Below, piece after piece: positions 1 to 11,300 of a stretch of DNA of 64,000 nt. The notes beneath the pieces are model-generated. The model had not been told where the DNA came from, made no database searches, and saw only the letters and a program-made list of their open reading frames with translations. How positions within the stretch are numbered: the stretch's first letter is position 1; each line of letters starts with the position of its first letter. The translations under genes and the position numbers were made by a program. The stretch covers positions 4,196,566 through 4,260,565 of the forward strand of contig CM119269.1 of assembly GCA_051294375.1 (NCBI GenBank), written 5' to 3'. The stretch comes from Paraspadella gotoi. Taxonomy: Eukaryota > Animalia > Chaetognatha.

Positions 1-471
1 ATCGTTATATCGTTTCTTCTGAGAAAGAGAATGAAAGTGAGAGTTGAGTTTCGGTAAAAAAAAAAAAAAAACAGTGGAATTTCGTTCTTCAGAATCTGGA
101 ATCACGCATTTCAGACTAAACTTTTCCTTCATTGACCCTCGAATCAGACGATCTTGTCTTCAAACAATAACAGACTAACATTGTAAGCTTGCCGATTTAA
201 AGATTGCAAGCTTGCATGGACCTGCTTAGTCATTATCTTGTAAGAGTGATGGAGGCCTTAAACCACCAAAGCCTGTCCAAAGTCTGGGGCAAGATAGTTT
301 ATTTATTAAATGAATGGATAATTTTTATATTGGTTGTACCAATTTCATTAAAACCGCGCCTGATGACCGGAGTTTTATGAATAGTTTAGTAATACTATTT
401 TATTTATTTTCCCTGCAGAAGTTACAAATTTCTTTTGAGTAGGTGATAGAGAGAGAGAGAGATGAGATGAT

Positions 472-541
<70 letters not shown>

Positions 542-601
542 AGATTCAGAGATTATTCGAGTCAACTTTGGGGACTTTCAGCAGTGTCGCTTAAAGAGGG
601 A

Positions 602-632
<31 letters not shown>

Positions 633-1954
633 AAGAAGAGAGAGAGAGAGAAGAGAGAAGAGAGTAGAGAGAGAAGAGAGTAAAAGCTCGGGGGTGAGTC
701 GAATAAAAAAGTTTAAAGAAGCGGAGAGGTGGTAAATCAGCGGGAAAAAATCTACAAAAGAATATAATGACTCAGTCTTTGGTCACTTTTTGCGAAGTTA
801 TGCGCAAGATCGGGAGCTTGTTTGACCGATCATTAATCAGACATAAACATTATTTATCGACGTCTGGAATTTCGCGTGAATAAAAAGAAGGGGCCGGAGA
901 TGGGTGGGATTAAAATGTTCTTTTCCCCCCGGAAGGAATCTTTTTTTCGGTTTTGCGGAAAAAAAAAAGACAAGATTCTGCCGGAAATGTAAGCGCGACT
1001 GTTTATTGCTCGTCAGTTGTGACACTTTGTTGACAGATATTAAAGATTTTCTCGTTGACGATTAACTTTGACGCTCCTATTGTTGTTGTTTTTGTGGTTG
1101 TTGTTGTTGTTTTCTAAAAAAATATATTTTAGAATTCAAGAATTCTAGCTAAGAATTCTAGCTAAGGCAGTTTGCATGCAATTTATAATAAACATGTCTA
1201 AAATTTAGCTACTGCAGATTTTCTCCTTGGATGTATGCTATTCTATTCAACCGGAATAGTTGCACCTCTATGAGGGGCAAGAATTTTTGTGAGAAATTTC
1301 ACGCCCCGGTGAATATTACGTCGCCGTGAGGTGTGAGGGAGAAAGGAATAAACAAAGAACGGAATAAAGAAAGTAACGAGAGGAAAACAAAGAAAGCGGA
1401 TCTGATTAAAAAGAAAATTAGTTTGCTTAATTCTTGATTAGTTGGTCAAGAACAATTTTTAAACAAAAAAACTAACTCTCTCACCGCACACTAAAAAGGA
1501 AAGATATCTTCTTTTCGCTTTTTTTGTTTTTTCAACGACGAGCAAAGTCAGTCACGTGACGCGAAAAAACAAAAGGAAAACAAACAAACAAACAAATGAG
1601 AAGAAAGAAAAACGAAGGCGGAGGCGAAGGAGAAGATAGAAAACAGTCGGTCCCTTTGTTGTCTACCGTGAAACTGTCCTCGCCCTTTAATCTTGACTCA
1701 ATTCACGCGACTCATACGCGACTCAGTCTCGATGATCATCGCTCACCGATTCGGTCCCGCGTCAGTACGTTCACGTTGCCATTCACGTGTCGAACATCCG
1801 GCATGTCGCCAGCGACTGGCCATTAGATTCCCGCGGAGGGTCTAATGGACCAGGAGAGAGAGAGAGAGAGACGGGAGAGCGAGAGACAGAGAGANNNNNN
1901 NNNNNNNNNNNNNNNNNNNNNNNNNNNNNNNNNNNNNNNNNNNNNNNNNNNNNN

Positions 1955-2020
1955 GGATTTTAGCTGGGTTGGCTCGCCGCGACCAGACTGGGAGGTCCCG
2001 CGTTCGAGACCGGGATCCCC
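1955..2020 (+). mobile_element. Degenerate tRNA-like sequence (SINE head or tRNA pseudogene); inverted noisy copy at ~6422-6494
   Basis: A-box-like TAGCTGGGTTGG; a variable-loop/T-arm-like AGGTCCCG(C)GTTCGAGACCGGG with a B-box; and complementary ends GGAT...ATCC. The anticodon arm does not pair, so this is not a functional tRNA. Confidence 0.35.
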
Positions 2021-2497
2021 TCTCTCTCTCCCTCGCATTCCGCGGGTTCTCTCTCTCTCCCTCTGCCGCCAATCTCTTTTGATCGCTCCACTCTTTTTTT
2101 AATCACAAATCGTTCGACTTTTTGCAACAGTTTCCTCATTCGGACTTCATCATAAAGAAACCTGTTTTTGATTAATTTTAAAAGACTAACCATTTTCACA
2201 TATTGCTATTGCAACCTTTTTGTGAGACCATTCAATTTACCCTACAAAGTTTTATTGCCATATTTCTGTCACTACTCACTTAAAAGATTTCATTAACTTC
2301 TAATTCTCCAAATTACTACTGCAACTCTTGTTAATCTTCTTCAAAATTCTGAAATCACTCTTCACTGCAATTTTTCTTCATCACCTCTCACAAGTTAACA
2401 CTCACCACTTACCACTCACTCAATTTCAAGTCTGTGGGAAGAAAAGTCTTTTAATTCCTTCTCAAATTCCTTTCTTCATCAAATTTCGCGACTTTCT

Positions 2498-2585
<88 letters not shown>

Positions 2586-3911
2586 GTTTAATTTTTTTCA
2601 CGCGAGAACCTGATAAAAATTAGGTTTTAGTCGCTTGGATTTAAACCGTGAAGAGCATCAAGACAGAGAGAGATTGTTTTCCCCCTGCCATCAATCTGTT
2701 TTCACTCCTATTTTATTTTGCTCAATTTTTTTCCGTCATCAAATACGGATTTTTTCAAAAAAATTTTAAAAAATATATATTTTTTTTGGATAGTGTCCTT
2801 GCTTGCATTTTTAAGATTTATCGAAAGGTTAATTTGCAAAATCTGTTGACAACTCTAATAAATACTATGAGAAAAAAAAAAACAAAAAAAATAATGTAGT
2901 CTTTCCATAAAGCGGTTTAAGTTGTTAAATGACTTTATGTACTCGTTTATGCTGTCTTTAAAAAAAATTTACGTTCCCGTAAAATATTTGACAGGACTTG
3001 ACTTCTGGTTTTGAATTGAGTCAGGGGGACTGAGCAGGGGTACTGGCGGGCTCAGGGGCGGCGTGGTGGGTCAGGATATGGAAGGGTGAGGGGCAGATCT
3101 TACTTTTTTTAAGGTTAGGAAAGACTTGAGATTTTGTTCCGCCCATAAACTACGCGAGACTCGAGACTAAAATAAAGTGAAGTCTGGTTTAACGTCTGGA
3201 CCGGGAATGCCTGGGCCCTGTGTTACGGCGAAACCGTAAAATATACGAAAATACATTTACGGTTTTTTTTTGTTTTGTTTTTTGGCGAAAAATTAAAATG
3301 AGAGGTTTAAGGCTTTTTTAAATGAGTGAATTGTGATCACTGATCATAATAAATGATTCACAAAGATAAAATGATGGCTTGGATCTAGCTTCATATTCAT
3401 AGTCATGTTAAAAAAGTAAACATTCTTACGTAAATCTTTTTCATAGCATCCATTATTTTTATACCATATGCCTTTTCGTCAAAATGAGGCGTTCACAACA
3501 AGTTACAACTTATCTTATTACTTCCTGTCGGGTTTTGTCCTCTCAAGACCACTGATCAGTTTATCTCTCTCTCTCTCTCCACATTTGAATTAATCCAGTT
3601 CTTGTTTTTCCCTTAATCTCTTTTCCATTTTTGCTGTTCGCCGTTTTCCCCCCTCACTCCCACACGCGCCTTTTTCCACCCTGCGCATAAACGATCCCAA
3701 TGAGCCCTTTCCCTTGTCAATCACCTTTTACTAATAATTCACGCCGAGTGTCGGTCGGTCCGTCCGTCTGTCGGTCTGTCCTACTTACATTAAAATTGTA
3801 TACAATTCGCCTATAGTTANNNNNNNNNNCCCTTTCCCCTTTCTCTTACCCCTCCTCCCCTTAATCCTACCCCTCGTGGACTCTGGTACGAATGATCGCT
3901 AAATGTTTCCC

Positions 3912-4273
3912 TTTTTTAGTTGCGCCGCGAGTAGTACCAACTCTATAAGTCACTTTTCGGTCGGTCTGTCGGTCGGTCCGTCCGTCTGTCGGTCTGTCCT
4001 ACTTACGTTAAAATTGTATATAATTCGCCTATAGTTATTTGCTCATTTGTTCAGACAGGAAAAAACCTCAAGTTTAAGGGACTGCTAGCGCCGCCTTCAG
4101 GAAATCCTAAAGATTTAAAGAATAAAAGAGGAATGCCTACACAGTGTGTGTCATATATACATAGGCTAAGAAAGTTATTGTAGTGATGAAGTCATGTCAC
4201 GTCACGTTACATCACATTATGTTTACGTCATTTCACGAAAAATATATGTGATAAGACAGTCACTGCGGCGCAA
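3912..4273 (+). mobile_element. Non-autonomous Helentron-associated (DINE-1/HINE-like) element
   Basis: Starts in a T-run (ttttttagTTGCGCCGC) followed by caactctataag and a (GTCG/GTCC/GTCT)n microsatellite. It ends in GCGGCGCAA (4265-4273), the inverted repeat of the 5' motif. A diverged copy exists ~58 kb away. This architecture is characteristic of DINE-1/HINE elements. Confidence 0.65.
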
Positions 4274-4616
4274 NNNNNNNNNNNNNNNNNNNNNNNNNNN
4301 NNNNNNNNNNNNNNNNNNNNNNNNNNNNNNNNNNNNNNNNNNNNNNNNNNNNNNNNNNNNNNNNNNNNNNNNNNNNNNNNNNNNNNNNNNNNNNNNNNNN
4401 NNNNNNNNNNNNNNNNNNNNNNNNNNNNNNNNNNNNNNNAAATAAGGAAAAACGAAAAAGAAAAAAAAGAGAAAGAATTAGAAAGAGTTTAATTCTCTCT
4501 TTCCTTTACTTCATCTCCTTTCCCCTTTCCCCTTTCCCCTTTCTCCTTTCTCTTACCCCTCCTCCCCTTAATCCAACCCCTCGTGGACTCTGGTACGAAT
4601 GATCGCTAAATGTTTC

Positions 4617-5738
4617 GAGAGAGAACCTGATCATGTGGTCTGAAGAGGACAAAACCCGACCAGGAAATCAAGATAAGTTTGTAACTTGTTTAGTGAACGC
4701 CTCGATTTTGACCGAACAAAGGCATTATGCCTGTATAAAAATATATGGAATGCATGATGAAAAAAGATTTAACGTATCAAGAAATCTGTTTACTTTTTTA
4801 ACATGACTACAGCAGGCATGAAATGAAAGCCTAGAATCCAGTCATCTATTTATCTTTTAATCATTATTAGGTTATGGCAGTTGATCACAATTCCATTTCA
4901 TTTTTAAAACAGCCTGTAAACCTTTCTCATTTTAATTCTTTCGCCAAAAAGAAAAACAAAAAACATAAACCCGTAAATGTATTTTCGTATATATTTTACG
5001 GTTTCGCGCGTAACACAGGGCCCCAGGCATAACTATCCCGCATTCCAGTCACGTATGAAACCAGACTTCACTCTATTTTAGTCTCGAGCTCTCGCGTTAG
5101 CTTTACTGGGCTTGCGAACAAAATCTCAAGTCTTTCCTAACCTTAAAAAAAGTAAGATCTGCCCCTCACCCTTCCAATATCCTCGCACCCACCACGCCGC
5201 CCCTGCCAGCCCGCCCAGTACCCCCTGCTCAGTCTCCCCTGACTCAATTCAAAACCAGGGAAGTCATAGTCCTGTCAAATATTGTTTTACGGGAACGTAG
5301 AATTTTTTTAAAGGACAGGCAATTAAACGTAGCTAACATAAAGTCATTTTAAAAACCAAAAAACTTTTTTAAACCCGCTTTATGGAAGAGACGTTACCAT
5401 TATGTTTTATTTTTCTCATTATAGTCTTCTCATAGAGTTGTCAACAGATTTTGTAAATACCTTTCTGATAAATTCTTAAAAATTGCAAGCAAGGAAAACT
5501 ATCAAAAAAAAAAATATGTATTTTTTTTCAAATTTTGAAAAAAAATCCGTATTTGGATGACGGAAAAAAAAATCTTGCAGCAACATATAAATAGCGATGT
5601 TGAAAAAAACAGATGATGGCAGGGGGAAAACAAGATCTCTCTTCTGTCTTAATGCTCTTCACGCTTTTAAATCCAAGCGACTTAAAACCTAAATTTTTAT
5701 CAGGTTCTCGCCCGGTTGCAAAAAAAATTAACAGGAGT

Positions 5739-5772
<34 letters not shown>

Positions 5773-7270
5773 TGAGAGAGACGAGCCAGAGGATCTATAG
5801 GAGACGGGAGAAGACTAGGGAAAGATCCCTGGAGATGAGCAGAAAGAAGAGAGAGAGAAAGTAGAGAGAGAGAGGCGAAGAAGAGTCCGCGAATTTGTAT
5901 GACAGAAAGGAATGTTGAGAAGGAATGTTAAAAGACTGCTTTTCTGTCCCACAGACTTAAATTGGAATGGAGTGCACGTAGAGTTGCAGTGAGTGTAAAC
6001 CTTGTGAGAAGCGTGATTAAGAAAAAATTGCAGTGAAGAGTGAGTTTCAGAATTTTTTTGAAAGAAGATTAATCAAGAGTTGCAGATAGTTAAATTTGTC
6101 GAGAATTAGAAGTTTAAATGAAATCTTTTTAAGTGAGTTAGCTGACAGAAAAAATATGGCAATAAAGACTTTGTTAGGGGTTAAATTGAGATGTCTCACA
6201 AAAGTTGCAATAGCAATATGTTGGAAAATGGTGTAGTCTTTTAAAATTAATCCAAAAAACAGGTTTTCTTTATGATGGAAGTCCGAAAATGAGGAAACTG
6301 TGCCCAAAAAGCTCGAACGCATTTTGTGATTAAAAAAAAGAGTGGGAGCGATCAAAAGAGATTGGCGGCATGAGGGAAGGAGAGAGAGAACCCGCGGAAA
6401 ATGCCGAGGGAAGAGAGGAGGGTATTGCCCGGTCGGTCGGAACGCGGGACTCCCAGTCTGGTTCGCGCGGCGCAGCCAACCCAGCTAAAATCCCTCGGCG
6501 TGAATTATTAGTAAAAGGTGATTGACAAGGGAAAGGGCTCATTGGGATCGTTTATGCGCAGGGTGGAAAAAGGCGCGTGTGGGAGTGAGGGGGGAAAACG
6601 GCGAACAGCAAAAATGGAAAAGAGATTAAGGGAAAAACAAGAACTGGATTAATTCAAATGTGTTGCGCCCATCACGAACGTGACTGTCTTATCACATATA
6701 TTGTCTTCTGTTGAAATGACGTAAACATAATGTGATGTGTACACGTGACGTGACATTGACTTCATCACTTACAATAACTTTCTTAGCCTATGCTATATAA
6801 TTTGACACACGACTGTGTAGGCATTCTCTTTTGATTCTTCTAAATCTTTAGGAGTTTCCTGAAGGGGCGGCGCTAGCAGTCCCTTAAACTTGAGGTTTTC
6901 CTGTACTGAACAACATGAGCAACATAACTATAGGCCAAATTATATACAATTTTTAACGTAAGTAGGACAGACCGACATGACGTACGGACAACGACCGACA
7001 GACCGACCGAAAAAAGTGACTTATTAGAGTCTGGTACCTACTCGCGGCGCAACTAAAAAAAAAGGGAAACATTTAGCGATCATTCGTACCAGAGTCCACG
7101 AGGCGGTAGGGATTTAAGGGGAAGGAAGTGGGTAAGAGAAATTTGGCGAACAGGGGAAAGGGGAAAAAGAGGGCGAAAGGAGATGAAAGTAAAGAAAGAG
7201 AGAGAACTTTAAAAACCTCTTTCTAATTCTTTTTCTACTATTTTTTTCTTTTTCGTTCTTTCCTTATTTC
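4617..7270 (-). repeat. Indel-rich inverted duplicate of 1955-4616 with blocks re-ordered (likely assembly artefact)
   Basis: 4617-6490 is the reverse complement of ~1955-3560; 6491-6662 of 3580-3748; 6662-7070 of the HINE; and 7070-7270 of 4440-4616. The block ends shortly before a gap of exactly 25 N. Confidence 0.85.
6662..7062 (-). mobile_element. Same HINE-like element, indel-rich inverted copy (probably the same locus as 3912-4273 duplicated by assembly)
   Basis: Reverse complement of 3912-4273 including the flanking sequence, with scattered 1-nt indels. Confidence 0.5.
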
Positions 7271-7805
7271 TTTCAGATTTAAAAAAAAAAATATTCGCTT
7301 CCGAATGATTTTTAAAATATTTGTTGCGCATGTTTGCAATTTTCACAGATTTCACAGCATAGCTTTGTTTACAAACGGTCGGTTGCGCTGCGAAAACCAA
7401 GGAATTTNNNNNNNNNNNNNNNNNNNNNNNNNCCTTCTTTCCGCCACGGAATCGACGAAGCACAAAATCCAAGTTGTTTTTCCTTCTTCGTTGGAAAAAC
7501 AAATGAACAAAATCTGATCCTTAATCAAATTTAATGATTCGTTTGTTCTCTTCTCCAAAATCCTAGAAATCTTTATAACGAGGAAATTTTTAAGTTCGTG
7601 GAAGCGGAAGAAGAGGTCGCTTAATATTATTGAATGATATTAAAAATTCGCTCGGGGGGAGAAAAAGTTGACGTTGGTGGTCTCGATCCGCCGACCCGAC
7701 GATATATCACGTGGGAAATAAAAATAAATGAAAGTTTTTTTTTTTGGTTGTTTTTAACGAGGTAGTATGAAAAAATGAGAGATGTGAAGGAAATCCTAAG
7801 GTACG

Positions 7806-7839
<34 letters not shown>

Positions 7840-8337
7840 CGAAATCTTAATTCCGCTTCATTATTTCTTGTCTCCTTGAGTAAAGTGACGTTTGATGATT
7901 TTCTTTTCTTTTTTTTTTCTTAATTCTAAAAATATTAAATCAACTTAATCTTTGCCGCGAATGGTTAAAAACCGGTTTAATTTAAACGCTTCCTCGGATA
8001 AAAAAAAANNNNNNNNNNNNNNNNNNNNNNNNNNNNNNNNNNNNNNNNNNNNNNNNNNNNNNNNNNNNNNNNNNNNNNNNNNNNNNNNNNNNNNNNNNNN
8101 NNNNNNNNNNNNNNNNNNNNNNNNNNNNNNNNNNNNNNNNNNNNNNNNNNNNNNNNNNNNNNNNNNNNNNNNNNNNNNNNNNNNNNNNNNNNNNNNNNNN
8201 NNNNNNNNNNNNNNNNNNNNNNNNNNNNNNNNNNNNNNNNNNNNNNNNNNNNNNNNNNNNNNNNNNNNNNNNNNNNNNNNNNNNNNNNNNAGTGAGTGAG
8301 TGAACTGCAGCCACGACTCCCCTCCCCCACACACTAG

Positions 8338-11300
8338 GAATACGGTCAAACTTTGGTGGAGAAATGGGAGAAGAAGTTGGAGGCGGAGTTGAAGAGTCGC
8401 GATCATCGGATCCGCGACTTGGAATCGCTCGTCGAAGTCGTCGACAAGAAGTTGGAGTCGCTCGTGGAGAGAGTCGACGGAGTTGAGAAGGAGCAACAGT
8501 CTTTTCGGGGTGAGTTGATAGGTCTTGGTTCAGTTCTTTTACTGAATGATTAATTGATTGATTGATTTTTTCATTTATTTATTGATTTATATCTATTTAT
8601 ATCTCCTTATTTCCTTATTTGTTTCTCTTTTCCTTTATCTATCTATTTATTTATTTATTTATTTATTTATTTATTNNNNNNNNNNNNNNNNNNNNNNNNN
8701 NNNNNNNNNNNNNNNNNNNNNNNNNNNNNNNNNNNNNNNNNNNNNNNNNNNNNNNNNNNNNNNNNNNNNNNNNNNNNNNNNNNNNNNNNNNNNNNNNNNN
8801 NNNNNNNNNNNNNNNNNNNNNNNNNNNNNNNNNNNNNNNNNNNNNNNNNNNNNNNNNNNNNNNNNNNNNNNNNNNNNNNNNNNNNNNNNNNNNNNNNNNN
8901 NNNNNNNNNNNNNNNNNNNNNNNNNNNNNNNNNNNNNNNNNNNNNNNNNNNNNNNNNNNNNNNNNNNNNNNNNNNGAAAGGAAGGGTGATAGATGAGGCC
9001 AAGAGGATTTGGGTAGGGGTCTGTTTTATTTTGAGACTGTGAAATGTTGAAAAAAATTAGAAGGGTAGGGCAAAGATGGGGGAGGAAGCTGAGGAGGGGT
9101 GCATGTAGTTTGAGGCCAAACCTGAAGCTTGAAAAGTTGAACAATAACTTAAAGCAGGAGAAAATAGTGAGCAATAAACGATTCAATAAAAAATTAAACT
9201 GTACCTGGTAAACAGGATTGTTAATTTATCAAACAGTTGGTGAGAGCTAGATTTTTGTTTAAAAAAAAAACTTCCTTAAAGGGAAATTCTCAAAACAAGT
9301 CTGGTCTAGAAAAGAATAAAAAGGGACTCTGTAACTCGGTCGGGGTTCGAACGCTTGACGTGTTGAGCGACGCCCGAATTTAAACAACGATTCGCGCGTC
9401 AAATACAATGTGAGTGAAAAATCTTCAAGTTCTTTTGTGGACGTTCACCAAATATTTTGATGCGGTGAAATTTTCACACGAAGCGACTCGTGAAACATTC
9501 GCGCGTCGGCGATTGTGATATCTCGACGGGTCGGGACTTGTGAAAAGTTTGAAAGGAGAAGAGAAGTGTGAAGAAAATGAGTGATCGAGTTTCGTTGAGA
9601 GGAGAAAGCCGGGCGGTGAAGGAAGGGGGGGGAAGGGATGGAAAGTGTAAAATTGCTGAAATTAATTAATTGTTCGTTAATGATAGAAATAACGTTAGAA
9701 ATAACAGATTTTAAAGTCGACTCCAAATGTAGAAGATAATAAAGTTTAAAAAAAAAGTTTTTAGTGATTGAAAAACATTTTCTAGCTTTTTTCACTCCTT
9801 TTTAAAATAGCTAAGTTTCATTTTTTAGATTATTTCGTTGTTTGCAATGTTTTTCGACCTTCCTTTGAATCTTAAGAATCTCTTTCTTTTTTCTTTCTCT
9901 CTCTTATGTCATTCTTTCTCTCTCATCTTTTTTATTTCTCTCTCTTTCTTCCCCCTTCTCTCTCTCCCCTGCCCCTTGCTTTCTTTTCTTCCCTTTCCAC
10001 TCAATAAAAAAAAGTAGTCGCGAGAGAGAATTAAACTTAATCGTAGGATAAACAACACAAGCGATGGTCCGGCACCCCGAGGCTTCGAGATAGTTTCGAA
10101 TCTCGGCACCCCGAGGCTTCGAGAGTTTTATTTAAATGAAATGTTACCTGGTAGCGAGATCGAAACCCAGTAATACCCTCCCAAAAAATTTAAAACAAAC
10201 AAATCTCGGCCACATTATCCGAAATCGCTCAATTTCGGCTTAAATTTAAAAATAAATTAGTTTTAAAAATTAGGTTATTGGTCAGGGTAAGCGTTTATAT
10301 TTAGGATTAATGAATGAATTAATGAAATATACGGATACGGTCATGGGCACACACTCCGCGGCCTATTCGACCTTTCAATCGTTGTACAAAGGTTAAAATA
10401 AAATTAAAAGTACTCAATAATTAAAGTTACTGTACTGTAAACAAATTTTGGAAAATTAGAGTTCGGTTAGGAACAAAATTATGATTAGAGATTGGGGTTA
10501 AGGATTATATTATGAATTTGGTCAAATATTATATTAAATATTCAAATTAAAATTAAGTTTGAAATTAAGAAACGGAAATGAGCCGCTTTAGGAAAATAGT
10601 GCCCAAACCTCATCCTTTTTTTTCCCCTTTAATTTCTACGTTTAAATTTTCAGGTCGTTTTACTTCGATCGAACGATAAACAAGATGAAGAAGGAATTCT
10701 CCCAGTTGTCGAAATTCATGACTGAATTTAACTCCTACGACAATCTCCTACAGAACCTGACCAAGGAAGCGGAGAGGCAGTCCAAGTAAGGCGCATCTGG
10801 GAAGGAGCTGTCTCTCACTTTGTCACTCATTCACGGGGTGAACTGGTAGTTTTTTTTTGGTTGTTGTTGTCAGATTTAACATCTTCGGCTTTTAATGTTT
10901 TATTAACTAATCGTATTAACTTTACACATTCTCCTCGTTTTGAAAAAAAAAAACATATAAACTTGTGCTGTATTTCTAATGGGCTCGAGCGATCTGTCAA
11001 ACGAGATTAACAAGATTAACCAGATTTAAAGTTCAAGTTTAATTTTTTGTTTTCAACTACAAAGCAAACAAAACCTTGGACGACGAACGTTATAATTCAA
11101 AACATGTCTCATATGAAAAAAATAAGTTTATTTTTATAAACACTCTCCAAAATAACTGTTTCGGTACACACGGTCTCATTCCTTAATAATGTTCGTTAAA
11201 GATCGATGATGATAATTCTTACCTCCTTTGTTTAATGTTTTGTTTGTTACTGTATCTAAACCCTGATACGAATAAATATATACATATTAATCCACCGCAT

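Noticed and set aside
1819-1852. Small hairpin ccattagattc...gggtctaatgg
   Set aside because: The stem is about 11 bp, too short for a pre-miRNA, and has no other support.
1955-7270. Giant palindrome or foldback transposon
   Set aside because: Indel-dominated divergence, scrambled block order and an adjacent 25-N gap point to an assembly artefact.
10070-10123. Repeat-spacer-repeat (cggcaccccgaggcttcgaga x2), and the 23-bp repeat at 57.7 kb, as CRISPR-like arrays
   Set aside because: Only 2-3 units, no unique spacers of CRISPR length, no cas genes, and a eukaryotic context.
7668-10180. tRNA T-arm-like fragments (7668-7700 minus, ~9338-9353, ~10152-10172)
   Set aside because: Only B-box-like cores, with no A box or cloverleaf.
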